From NCBI GenBank assembly GCA_945946655.1, contig CAMEWM010000001.1, positions 180,651 through 244,650 on the forward strand: a stretch of DNA of 64,000 nt, written 5' to 3'. The DNA comes from an uncultured Clostridium sp. (GTDB taxonomy: Bacteria > Bacillota > Clostridia > TANB77 > CAG-508). A model generated the notes under the pieces. It made no database searches. It was not told the DNA's origin and saw nothing but the letters and a program-made list of their open reading frames with translations. Made by a program: the position numbers and the translations under genes. Within the stretch, counting starts at the first letter, position 1; every line of letters begins with the position of its first letter. Of this stretch, positions 9,869-19,246 are shown piece after piece.

Positions 9869-10513
9869 TTAATAGTTTAATTCTATCTCATTGTATAATA
9901 TGTATATTATTGCCTTTTTGTTATTGTCCTGAAGTAATAACTTTGTTGGTTTTAGTGTTTTTTTGTCTAAATATAGCTCTTTATATTTTATTTTAGAATC
10001 CATACTTACTTCAATTAATATTATAATATTTTCATCTTCATTAAATATCTTTTTATTTTTTGAAATTTTATATTCTTCAATAAATGAATTGAGCCATAAA
10101 TTGTTGCTTTCTATATATGGATAATTGTTATAAACTTTCTGCAAATCTAACATCGTATTTTTGATAGTTAACGTGTTATCTTTATATAATAGTTTCATTC
10201 CTTTTATGTTTTCCGGCGATATAATTTCTTGTACATCTTCATCTTTATTATGAACTTGAGTTAATATATATTTATTAGTATTTTTATTGCTGTTTATTGT
10301 TACTTCTAACTTAGCTTTATATGAGCTAATATTTAAAATATATTCTTCAACATCATCTAAAGTTTTGTTAGAAATATTATTTCCAATATTTATATTTTTA
10401 TAATCTTTTCTAGTAAAATTGATAATAAATATAATTAATAAAAATCCAATTAACACACCAATAAAAAGTAAGATTCTTCTGTTTTTATTTAATATATCTG
10501 CTATTTTTAGCAT
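9869..10513 (-). CDS. GerS-like / LolA-fold germination protein
   Basis: N-terminal TM, ISSYKAKLEVTINSNKNTNKY, EIISPENIKG. Its position upstream of mazF matches clostridial gerS-alr-mazEF loci. Confidence 0.55.
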   Translation of the reverse strand: MLKIADILNKNRRILLFIGVLIGFLLIIFIINFTRKDYKNINIGNNISNKTLDDVEEYILNISSYKAKLEVTINSNKNTNKYILTQVHNKDEDVQEIISPENIKGMKLLYKDNTLTIKNTMLDLQKVYNNYPYIESNNLWLNSFIEEYKISKNKKIFNEDENIIILIEVSMDSKIKYKELYLDKKTLKPTKLLLQDNNKKAIIYILYNEIELNY

Positions 10514-10626
10514 ACAAAGCTCCTTATAAAAGTATTTATATAATTATATTTTTTTATTTTTAAATTATTCATTGTCAATTTGCAGTTCATTTTCAATATA
10601 CCATATATTAGGATATCGATAAAAAA

Positions 10627-10660
10627 AAATTTATACTATTAAATAAATAGTATAAAATTT
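10627..10660 (-). terminator. Intrinsic terminator
   Basis: TTTATACTATT/AATAGTATAAA inverted repeat with flanking A/T runs downstream of the pilin-like gene. Confidence 0.55.
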
Positions 10661-10668
10661 TTATTTTA

Positions 10669-11856
10669 TTATACCGGCTCTTCTAATTTAAACGTCCCTA
10701 TATAGTAATTTCCATCCTTTAATAATATAAAAGTTTCTGCTCTCCTATAAAAATCCGAAAAACTAGAGGTTTTTCCTATATCTTCAAGATAATAAGCAAC
10801 GTTCTCACAAAAGATATAATTATAACTATCTACTGCACTAATTGTATCTGATATATTTACTTTTTCTCCATTGTAAATAATAAAAGCTTGAGAAAAAGTT
10901 ACCGATTCTTCTGTTTCACTATTCTTTAATTTAATACTAGCACCTTCAAGTCCAACATAGTATTGTTGTAAAGTTGAATCAATATTGGTTACTTCTACTG
11001 ATTTAGTATATGTTTTTCCAGTTAATATGTCTTTTACTAAAAATGTATATGTCCCATTTAATGTTGCTAAATATGTATCTGATAATGCATTGTCTGGATT
11101 TATTACTTGATACATAATTAATAATCCTGTTTGATCATTATAAAATAATTCCAACATAACATAACATATATTTTCATCTGGTATATCATTCATTTTCTCC
11201 CAATATGCTTCCTCAGTCGCATCTGTTATATATCCTTTTGTATAATAGTATTCTAGCAGTTCTTCAAACGTTGTAATATTGGTTCCATTAAATTTGTTAT
11301 GAGCCATTATATCTAAATTTTTTATTAGATCTTTTTTACTTTCCTCGTCCATTCTTTCTATTTGCTCTACAAAAGAGTTAAACTCTTCTTCAGATTTTAT
11401 ACTTATATTGGTCAATCCTTCTACTGAAGTAACCTGCAAGACAACTGCTCCTGATTTTTCTGTCTCTGGAGTTTTACTTATGTTTATTATAACCCCAGAA
11501 TAGTTTATCTCTTTTACTATTGTTCCATCTTTTTTCTTTATTGTTATTATTTCATTGTCTCTATCTATTTCTTCTTCGTATACTAAGTTTTTATCTTTTA
11601 ATCCTTGTAACATTGTTTCTTTATCTACTGTAGCCTGATTAGATGTTCTTGCAATGTAATTATCGCTTTTCCATAATTCTACTTCGTCTTCAGCACTACC
11701 TGCTCTTGTCATTAATTTTGCATCTTGTGCTTTTGTTATTATTCCATTGTTGCCTAATACTAGATTTAAACTAACTCCTGCTAGTATTAAAAGTACAACT
11801 ATGGTTACAACCAATGCAATTAATGTAATACCTTCATTATTGCTATCTTTTCTCAT
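10669..11856 (-). CDS. Type IV pilin-like protein (prepilin-type N-terminus, variable C-terminal body)
   Basis: MRKDSNNEG|ITLIALVVTIVVLLILAGVSLNLVLGNNGIITKA class III signal-like sequence. Confidence 0.75.
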   Translation of the reverse strand: MRKDSNNEGITLIALVVTIVVLLILAGVSLNLVLGNNGIITKAQDAKLMTRAGSAEDEVELWKSDNYIARTSNQATVDKETMLQGLKDKNLVYEEEIDRDNEIITIKKKDGTIVKEINYSGVIINISKTPETEKSGAVVLQVTSVEGLTNISIKSEEEFNSFVEQIERMDEESKKDLIKNLDIMAHNKFNGTNITTFEELLEYYYTKGYITDATEEAYWEKMNDIPDENICYVMLELFYNDQTGLLIMYQVINPDNALSDTYLATLNGTYTFLVKDILTGKTYTKSVEVTNIDSTLQQYYVGLEGASIKLKNSETEESVTFSQAFIIYNGEKVNISDTISAVDSYNYIFCENVAYYLEDIGKTSSFSDFYRRAETFILLKDGNYYIGTFKLEEPV

Positions 11857-11937
11857 GTTATCCTCCTTATTCTTATGTTTATTTTAGTCTTTTTATTTAT
11901 CCTATGATAATATTCGGATATTACCGACTATACTTAT

Positions 11938-11966
11938 ATTTTACTATTTACATTTTTTGTTGTCAA
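11938..11966 (-). promoter_or_regulatory. sigmaA promoter of the pilin-like gene
   Basis: TTGACA-N17-TAAAAT on the minus strand. Confidence 0.6.
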
Positions 11967-12015
11967 TAATTCAAGTTTATTGTCTAGATATTTCCAGCTA
12001 TCATTTGATAAAATA

Positions 12016-12975
12016 TTAAATGCTTTCAAAATAATCTTTTAAGCATTCAACTACTTTTGACTTAGTGTCTAGTGTATTTATTTTACTTCTAAAGCTACTA
12101 GAGTCTTTTAAGCTCTTTGTATATGCTGAAATGTATTTTCTCATTTCCTTTATAGCAACATCTTCTCCCTTTTCTTCCACCTCCATATTCAAATGATTTA
12201 ATATTGTTTCTAATTTTTCCTTATTGCTAGGTCTAGAAATACATTGACCATTTTTTAAATACTCAATTATTTCTCTAAATATCCACGGATTTCCAAAAGC
12301 AGCTCTTCCAATCATTATTGCATCTACATTGCTATATTCTAAAGCAATTTTTGCATCTTGACCACTTTGTATATCTCCATTTCCTATTACCGGAATTTTT
12401 ACACTTTCTTTTACTTTTTTTATTATATTCCAATCGGCTTCTCCAGAATAAAATTGACTTCTAGTTCTTCCATGAACTGTTATTGCACTAGCACCAGCTT
12501 GTTCTATTATTTTTGCTGCCTCTACAGCCACTATATGCTCTGAATCCCATCCAGTTCTCATTTTTACTGTAACAGGTACCTTTGAATTATTAACAGCTGT
12601 CTCAACAATTTGTTTTATTAAATCTAAATCTAATAAAAGTTTGCTACCATCTCCATTTTTTACAACTTTAGGAGCTGGACATCCCATATTGATATCTACT
12701 ATATCAGCAAATTCGCTTACATATTTGCTAGCATATGCTATTGCTTCTAGGTCACTACCAAATATTTGTACTGCTAGCGGTTTTTCTTTATCACACGTTT
12801 TTAATAATAATTTCGTTTTTTCATCATTATATAACAGTGCCTTAGCACTTACCATTTCTGTATAAACTAGACCTGCTCCATTTTCTTTACATATTAATCT
12901 AAATGGCAGGTCTGTAATACCTGCCATTGGTGCCAAAAATATATTATTTTCTAGATTCACATTTTCAATTTTCAA
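12016..12975 (-). CDS. dusB: tRNA-dihydrouridine synthase B
   Basis: LAPMAGITD, DINMGCP, TVHGRT, IGNGDI, MIGRAA. Confidence 0.93.
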   Translation of the reverse strand: MKIENVNLENNIFLAPMAGITDLPFRLICKENGAGLVYTEMVSAKALLYNDEKTKLLLKTCDKEKPLAVQIFGSDLEAIAYASKYVSEFADIVDINMGCPAPKVVKNGDGSKLLLDLDLIKQIVETAVNNSKVPVTVKMRTGWDSEHIVAVEAAKIIEQAGASAITVHGRTRSQFYSGEADWNIIKKVKESVKIPVIGNGDIQSGQDAKIALEYSNVDAIMIGRAAFGNPWIFREIIEYLKNGQCISRPSNKEKLETILNHLNMEVEEKGEDVAIKEMRKYISAYTKSLKDSSSFRSKINTLDTKSKVVECLKDYFESI

Positions 12976-12988
12976 AATATACCTCTTT

Positions 12989-14095
12989 CTAGTCTACAAA
13001 TATTGCTTTCTGTCTTCTTCCACTTATATTTAGTAATAATCCTATCATCATTAAATTTGTAAGTAACGAGCTTCCTCCATAACTAACGAATGGTAATGGA
13101 ACACCTGTTATTGGTAGTAGTCCCATAGTCATTCCTATATTTTCAGTCATATGAAACAGTAATATTCCCGCTATTCCAATAGCTATATAGGATCCTAAAT
13201 TATCCTTAGCTGTTTTTGCTATAAATATTGCTCTTGTTATAAGAACAACATATGTTATTATTACAGTCGCTGCTACAACAAATCCCATTTCTTCTCCGAT
13301 TACAGCAAATATAAAGTCTGTAGTTTTTGGATATAAAAAGCCTAATTGAGTTTGATTTCCTTTAAATAAGCCCATACCCCAAAATTCACCTGCTCCTATA
13401 GCCAATTTTGATTGAATAACATTGTATCCAGCTCCTCTTGGATCTAAGTCAGGATTTAAAAACACGTCAATTCTTGTCTTTGCATGTTCCGGCAATACAA
13501 AGAAATATAATGTAGGTAACAATATTGCTACTAGCAGTATACCTATAAATATATATCTCTTTTTTATCCCTGATGCAAATAATATAAAAATCGTTGCTAC
13601 TATAAATGTTAGAGCAGTTCCATAATCAGGCTGTTTAATAATTAATAATACTGGAACCGCAACTATAATTAAAGCAAGTAATAGTCTAGTAGGCCTACTA
13701 ATTTGGTCTTTTCCATTCTCTTGTATTCTTGATATATATGTTGCTAAAGCTATAATTACAATAACTTTTGCAAACTCTGCAGGCTGAATTGATACAGCGC
13801 CTACATTAAACCAGCTAGTGGCTCCATTTATACTTTCAGTAAACAAAACTGCAATTAATGCAATAATAATAATAATATATAATATTGGAGAAATTTTTGA
13901 TATCGTATTATAATCAACAAACGTTAGAATAATCATTATCGGGATACTTATGGCTAACCACATAATTTGCTTTTTAAATTCCTCATAGTTTGATCCTTGT
14001 GTTGCTGAAAATAATCCTACTAGTCCAACTATTAAAAGTATAACTATACAAATGAGAATTCCCCAATCCATATTCTTTAATATTTTCTTTCCCAT
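12989..14095 (-). CDS. rodA: Rod shape-determining protein RodA (SEDS family)
   Basis: IQPAEFAK, QPDYGT, GYNVIQS, TDFIF, PITGVPLPFVSYGGSS; follows minE as in other Clostridia. Confidence 0.9.
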   Translation of the reverse strand: MGKKILKNMDWGILICIVILLIVGLVGLFSATQGSNYEEFKKQIMWLAISIPIMIILTFVDYNTISKISPILYIIIIIALIAVLFTESINGATSWFNVGAVSIQPAEFAKVIVIIALATYISRIQENGKDQISRPTRLLLALIIVAVPVLLIIKQPDYGTALTFIVATIFILFASGIKKRYIFIGILLVAILLPTLYFFVLPEHAKTRIDVFLNPDLDPRGAGYNVIQSKLAIGAGEFWGMGLFKGNQTQLGFLYPKTTDFIFAVIGEEMGFVVAATVIITYVVLITRAIFIAKTAKDNLGSYIAIGIAGILLFHMTENIGMTMGLLPITGVPLPFVSYGGSSLLTNLMMIGLLLNISGRRQKAIFVD

Positions 14096-14109
14096 TGAAT
14101 AACCCTCAT

Positions 14110-14727
14110 TTATTTTTCATTTGATTTTTTCTTTTTATTATTTACTTTTTTCTTATTAGCTTCTATTTTCTCTTTATTTTCTTCTATTATTTTTTTCTCT
14201 ACTTTTTCTTCTGGTTCTTGTTCTATCTCTTGTACTGTTTCTTCGACGATTTCTTGTTTCTCTGTATCAACAATTTCATTATCTTGATTCTCTTCGTTTT
14301 TTTCTATTATATTTCCTTTTTCTTCACTTTCTTCTGTACAATTATTATTTTCTTCTATTTCTTCTTTTACTTCCTGTGCTTTCTCTTCTTGTTTTTTATC
14401 TCTAGTTTCCTTCTCTTTTTCTTTTTTCATTTCTTCCTTAATTCCCGTGATTGGAATATTAGCATATAATGCTGGTGCTCCCATAGTTCCATCTTCGTTT
14501 GTTTTATTAGTTAATCTAACATCTATGTCTTTTTCATCCACATCTATATACTTTTTTATTACTTCAATAATTTCTTGTCTCATCATATCTAAAAAATCAG
14601 CTGAAACATTAGCTCTATCTTGCATTAAAACTAAATGTAATCTCTCCTTAGCTGTGTCTTTTGATTTTTCTTCGATCTGATCTTTCTTTCCAATCTTTTT
14701 AAAGAAATTAATTACGTTCTCAAACAT
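14110..14727 (-). CDS. minE: Cell division topological specificity factor MinE with long Glu/Lys-rich tail
   Basis: SKDTAKERLHLVLMQDR...EIIEVIKKY...ALYANIPI; directly downstream of minD. Confidence 0.88.
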   Translation of the reverse strand: MFENVINFFKKIGKKDQIEEKSKDTAKERLHLVLMQDRANVSADFLDMMRQEIIEVIKKYIDVDEKDIDVRLTNKTNEDGTMGAPALYANIPITGIKEEMKKEKEKETRDKKQEEKAQEVKEEIEENNNCTEESEEKGNIIEKNEENQDNEIVDTEKQEIVEETVQEIEQEPEEKVEKKIIEENKEKIEANKKKVNNKKKKSNEK

Positions 14728-14743
14728 TATGTACCTCCAATAG

Positions 14744-15550
14744 TTATTTTTTTCTGAATATGCCTTTTATTTTAGTAAAAAATCCTTCATCTCTTCCAGG
14801 AATCGTAACTTCAACATTTTCGCCAAGTATTCTTCGTGCTATCTCTAAGTATGCCTTTCCTGATGGAGCTTTCTTGTTTATTACCGCAGGTTCTCCTTTA
14901 TTTGTTTGAGTAATTATAAATTCATCATCTGGTACCACGCCAAGAAGATTTATTGATAATAAGTCAACGATATCGTCAACATCCATCATTTCTCCTTTTT
15001 TAACCATATTAGGTCTTAATCTATTTACAATTAGCTCTGGATTTTTAATCTCAGACGCTTCTAATAATCCTATAATTCTATCTGCATCTCTTATTGAAGA
15101 TATTTCTGCATTTGTTACTACTATAGCTCTATCTGCTCCTGCTATTGCATTTTTAAATCCTTGTTCAATTCCTGCTGGGCAATCTATTAAAATATAGTCA
15201 AATTCATCTTTTAGTTTGCTAGTTAGTTCTTTCATTTGTTCTTCATTTATGGCGCTTTTATCTCTCGTTTGGGCAGCTGGTAAAAGGAATAATTGTTCAA
15301 ATCTCTTATCTTTAATAAGAGCTTGTCTTAATTTACATTTTTCTTCAACAACATCTACTATATCATATACTATTCTGTTTTCTAATCCCATTACGACATC
15401 AAGGTTTCTTAATCCAATATCAGTATCTACTAATACTACTTTTTTTCCTTTTAATGCTAGGGCAGAACCAAGATTAGCTGTTGTAGTTGTTTTCCCTACT
15501 CCACCTTTTCCTGATGTTATTACTATAACTTCTCCCATAGAATCCTCCAT
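14744..15550 (-). CDS. minD: Septum site-determining ATPase MinD
   Basis: SGKGGVGKTT, DIGLRNLD, DCPAGIE, C-terminal amphipathic helix GFFTKIKGIF. Start may be the second Met. Confidence 0.96.
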   Translation of the reverse strand: MEDSMGEVIVITSGKGGVGKTTTTANLGSALALKGKKVVLVDTDIGLRNLDVVMGLENRIVYDIVDVVEEKCKLRQALIKDKRFEQLFLLPAAQTRDKSAINEEQMKELTSKLKDEFDYILIDCPAGIEQGFKNAIAGADRAIVVTNAEISSIRDADRIIGLLEASEIKNPELIVNRLRPNMVKKGEMMDVDDIVDLLSINLLGVVPDDEFIITQTNKGEPAVINKKAPSGKAYLEIARRILGENVEVTIPGRDEGFFTKIKGIFRKK

Positions 15551-15752
15551 TTCTTACTAACTTTTACAATTTATCACAAACTTTTATAGATTTTTATATC
15601 CATAATTTTCTATTAATATATTATACGGAAATAGGCAAAAAGTCAAGTTAAATTAGGCATTTTATGAAATATTATATATAAAAAATATTTCAAATACAAA
15701 ACAATAATTCGTTTAATATTTGAAATAATTTTTTGTTTTTATATTAATATTT

Positions 15753-16872
15753 TCACATAAACAATGCGACTCTAAATGAGTTTTCAACGCTTGAAAAATC
15801 CGCAAAATTTCCTCTTGAACCAGATGAATTTATTCCGTAATAGTATCCAAAGCTACCTCCTCTTGTTGTATATGGAGCTGTAATTACTCCATAAGACTCT
15901 GTAGTCCATTCAAAAGTATTTCCTCCCATATCATATATATTACATACTGGAGTTGTTTGTCCAGTTGGTACTAATTTTGCTATCAACTTATTTTTAGTCG
16001 CAGGCGCCCCTGTTATATCTGTGTAATCAAATGTCGTATTTAAGAAGTTTCCTTCTTCGGAACTGTCTCCATAATCACTATTTGTTTTTTGTATAAAAGC
16101 TATCGCTGTATCCCATGCATAACTACTGCATAATTTAGTAGTGACCTTATAACCTCTCTCTGTTTTTACTCCTTCGGCTAATCTTTGGGCTTGAGTCTTC
16201 GTTACATAATTATAAGGAGCTTGCCCTTTTTTTACTGTTACTGTATTAGATGTTGATGCTCTATTCTTTCTCATTTTTTGATTTGCTGTACTCTCTTTGT
16301 CTCCAGCTTCATATCTACCTATATAATATCCATGATATGTCTCTACACTTACTTTTTCATCTTCTGGTAATGCTTCGATAAAATAATTTACATTTGTAAT
16401 TACATACTTTATTTTTTCAGAATTTGTTTCATCATCTAATTGCCCTGTTGCATAATTAGTTGAGTATGCTACTCTTTTATAATCTGATATATTATCCACT
16501 GGAATCCATACATATTGATTACCTTGTAAATCTGTTCCGACTATGGATTCGCCTTTATATTTATTTTCATCATTTTGATTGTCTGATATTACTAATCCAC
16601 TATTTCTCGTGCCTCCTACATAGTAAAAGCCATCTGGTATTTTAACTCCATCTACTATCCCGTAATAAAGATTCTCCAATTTCATCTACATGATCAAAAT
16701 CTCTTTCATATACTTCTTTTGCTGCAATCTCACTTTTTAGTTGGCTCTTTCTCAATGTTGCAGTTATCATATATGCAGTTGATAATATCGTTAAGAAAAA
16801 TAGTACAGTTACTAGAACAACTGTAGTTATTGCTCCTTTATCACTTCTTAGGTTATTCTCCATCTTTTTCAT
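15753..16872 (-). CDS. Pilin-like N-terminus fused to an FGE-sulfatase-like (SUMF1) domain, interrupted by a +1 shift at a CGG codon (about 372 aa when joined)
   Basis: ORF 16642..16872 (KG|AITTVVLVTVLFFLTIL, GAGGG RBS) plus ORF 15753..16685 (GNQYVWIPV, GYYIGRYEAG, IYDMGGNTFEWT, RGG). Junction TTA TTA C GGG ATA GTA GAT GGA. Confidence 0.72.
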
Positions 16873-17017
16873 TTGAATCCCTCTTTCTTAATATATAATT
16901 AAGTCTTTACAATTAATAATATAATATACTAAAATCAAGCAATAAGTCAATAAATATAAACTAAATTTAAAGCATATAAATTTATAAAATAATTATCAGA
17001 ATTGTTGGTCACTATTC

Positions 17018-17046
17018 TTGACATGTTTGTTAAATAATAATATACT
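17018..17046 (+). promoter_or_regulatory. sigmaA promoter of the por operon
   Basis: TTGACA-N17-TATACT. Confidence 0.7.
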
Positions 17047-17143
17047 GAACTTGTTAATTGTGTACTCTTTTATGATATTTTAATATTTACTTAAAAACCA
17101 TTATAATTGGTACAGTTAAACTTTTAGAAAGGAGTTTATTTTA

Positions 17144-17725
17144 ATGGAAAATTTAGTAGAAATTAGATGGCATGGTAGAGGTGGTCAAGGTGCCAAAACA
17201 GCTTCACTTTTACTTGCAGATGCAGCCTTTAATACTGGAAAATATATTCAAGGTTTTCCTGAATATGGTCCAGAAAGAATGGGTGCTCCAATTACTGCTT
17301 ATAATCGTATTAGCAACAATCCTATCGTTATCCATAGTAACATCTATGAACCTGATTACGTTGTAGTTGTAGATGATACTCTTCTAGAGAGCGTTGATGT
17401 TACAGCAGGATTAAAAGAGACTGGTGCAATCGTTATAAACACTGTTAAGGATGCGGATTATCTAAAAAAGGTTTTAAATGGATATAATGGAGGAATATAT
17501 ACCATCGATGCTAGAAAAATATCTGAGGAAGCATTAGGAAAGTATTTTCCTAACACTCCAATGCTTGCAGCTATTGTTAAGGTTGCAAATATAATGGATG
17601 AAAAAGATTTCTTAGAAGATATGAAAGGTTCATTTAAGCATAAATTTGCTAAGAAGCCTGAAGTTATAGATGGAAACATGAAAGCCTTAGAAATGGCTTT
17701 AAGTGAGGTAAAAAAAGTTAATTAA
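17144..17725 (+). CDS. porC: Pyruvate/2-oxoacid:ferredoxin oxidoreductase gamma subunit
   Basis: EIRWHGRGGQGAKTA, FPEYGPERMGAP. Confidence 0.92.
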   Translation: MENLVEIRWHGRGGQGAKTASLLLADAAFNTGKYIQGFPEYGPERMGAPITAYNRISNNPIVIHSNIYEPDYVVVVDDTLLESVDVTAGLKETGAIVINTVKDADYLKKVLNGYNGGIYTIDARKISEEALGKYFPNTPMLAAIVKVANIMDEKDFLEDMKGSFKHKFAKKPEVIDGNMKALEMALSEVKKVN

Positions 17726-17741
17726 GAAAGGTGGAAAAATT

Positions 17742-18050
17742 ATGGCAAAAATGCATATAGATAAAAATACACCAGTAGAGGACTTAACACCTGGTGGTAT
17801 AATTTATCAAGCAGGAAATGCTAAAGAATTTAAAACAGGTGATTGGAGAAGTATGTACCCTGTTTGGATTGAAGAAAAGTGTAAACAATGCGGTTTATGT
17901 TGGCCAGTATGTCCAGATGACTCTATTCCTGTTAATAAAGAAACTTGTAAAAGAGAAAACTTTAATTATGATTACTGCAAAGGATGCGGTGTATGCGCAA
18001 AAACGTGCCCTTTCGGTGCAATAGAAATGAAGGAAGGAGTTGGTAAATAA
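17742..18050 (+). CDS. porD: Pyruvate/2-oxoacid:ferredoxin oxidoreductase delta subunit
   Basis: KTGDWRS and two CxxCxxCxxxCP 4Fe-4S motifs. Confidence 0.92.
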   Translation: MAKMHIDKNTPVEDLTPGGIIYQAGNAKEFKTGDWRSMYPVWIEEKCKQCGLCWPVCPDDSIPVNKETCKRENFNYDYCKGCGVCAKTCPFGAIEMKEGVGK

Positions 18051-19243
18051 TGAGTATTAGAGAACGTTTAAGTGGAAATGAAGCATCAGCTGTTGCTATG
18101 CGTCAAATTAATCCAGATGTTGTTGCAGCATTCCCTATTACACCATCAACAGAAATCCCTCAATATTTTTCAACATTTGTAAGTAATGGGCAAGTAGATA
18201 CAGAGTTCGTAGCAGTTGAAAGTGAGCATAGTGCAATGAGTGCTTGTATAGGTGCTGAGTCTGCAGGAGCAAGAGCTATGACAGCCACATCAGCAAACGG
18301 ATTGTCTTTCATGTGGGAAATGTTATACATAGCATCAGGTTCAAGACTTCCTATCGTTATGTCTTTAGTTAACAGAGCCGTTTCTGGTCCATTAAATATA
18401 CATAACGATCATTCAGATGCAATGGGCGTTAGAGATGCTGGATGGATAATGCTATTTTCAGAAAATAATCAAGAGGCTTATGATAACTTAATAATGGCTC
18501 ATCAAATAGCTGAAAATAAAGACGTTATGCTACCTTTAATGGTATGCCAAGACGGATTTATAACATCTCATTCTATAGAGAATATAGAACTAATAGAAGA
18601 TGATAAAGTAAAAGAATTTGTTGGTAAATATCAACCTGAGCATTATTTATTAAATCATGCTGAACCTGTTGCAATGGGTCCTATGGACTTACAATCTTAT
18701 CTATTTGAGCATAAATATCAACAAGCAGAAGCTATGAGAAACGCAAAAAAAGTTATATTAGACGTAGCAGATAGATTTGAAAAAATGACTGGAAGAAAGT
18801 ATGGATTCTTTGAAGAATATAGGTTAGATGATGCAGAAATTGCAATAGTTTGTATGAACTCAACAGCAGGAACAGCAAAAGCTGTAGTAGATGAATTAAG
18901 AGAACAAGGAGTTAAAGCAGGATTATTAAAGATTCGTGTTTATAGACCTTTCCCTGTAGAAGAAGTAGCACAGGCACTTTCTCATTTAAAAGCTGTAGCC
19001 GTGCTAGATAAAGATGATAGTGTAAATGCCGCAGGTGGTCCTTTATTTACAGATGTAACATCTGCAATGTATGCTAAGAGCGACGAACATGTACCAATCG
19101 TAAACTATATCTATGGTATCGGTGGAAGAGATACAACTACAAAAGATATCTCTGGAGTATTTATGGATCTTCAAGAGATTGCAAAAACTGGAAATGTTGA
19201 AAATCCATTCAGATATTTCGGATTAAGAAAAGGAGGTAAATAA
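18050..19243 (+). CDS. porA: Pyruvate/2-oxoacid:ferredoxin oxidoreductase alpha subunit
   Basis: SGNEA, AFPITPST, ESEHSAMS, YGIGGRD. Confidence 0.93.
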   Translation: MSIRERLSGNEASAVAMRQINPDVVAAFPITPSTEIPQYFSTFVSNGQVDTEFVAVESEHSAMSACIGAESAGARAMTATSANGLSFMWEMLYIASGSRLPIVMSLVNRAVSGPLNIHNDHSDAMGVRDAGWIMLFSENNQEAYDNLIMAHQIAENKDVMLPLMVCQDGFITSHSIENIELIEDDKVKEFVGKYQPEHYLLNHAEPVAMGPMDLQSYLFEHKYQQAEAMRNAKKVILDVADRFEKMTGRKYGFFEEYRLDDAEIAIVCMNSTAGTAKAVVDELREQGVKAGLLKIRVYRPFPVEEVAQALSHLKAVAVLDKDDSVNAAGGPLFTDVTSAMYAKSDEHVPIVNYIYGIGGRDTTTKDISGVFMDLQEIAKTGNVENPFRYFGLRKGGK

Positions 19244-19246
19244 GCT

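Noticed and set aside
5641-16662. Simple reassignment of CGG to another amino acid (Trp/Gln-type code change)
   Set aside because: A reassignment keeps the frame. Here the zero frame hits a stop within 6-15 codons and homology continues only in +1.
17027-17044. Possible Rex operator in the por promoter (TTGTTAAATAATAATATA)
   Set aside because: Only the left half-site matches; it is not palindromic.
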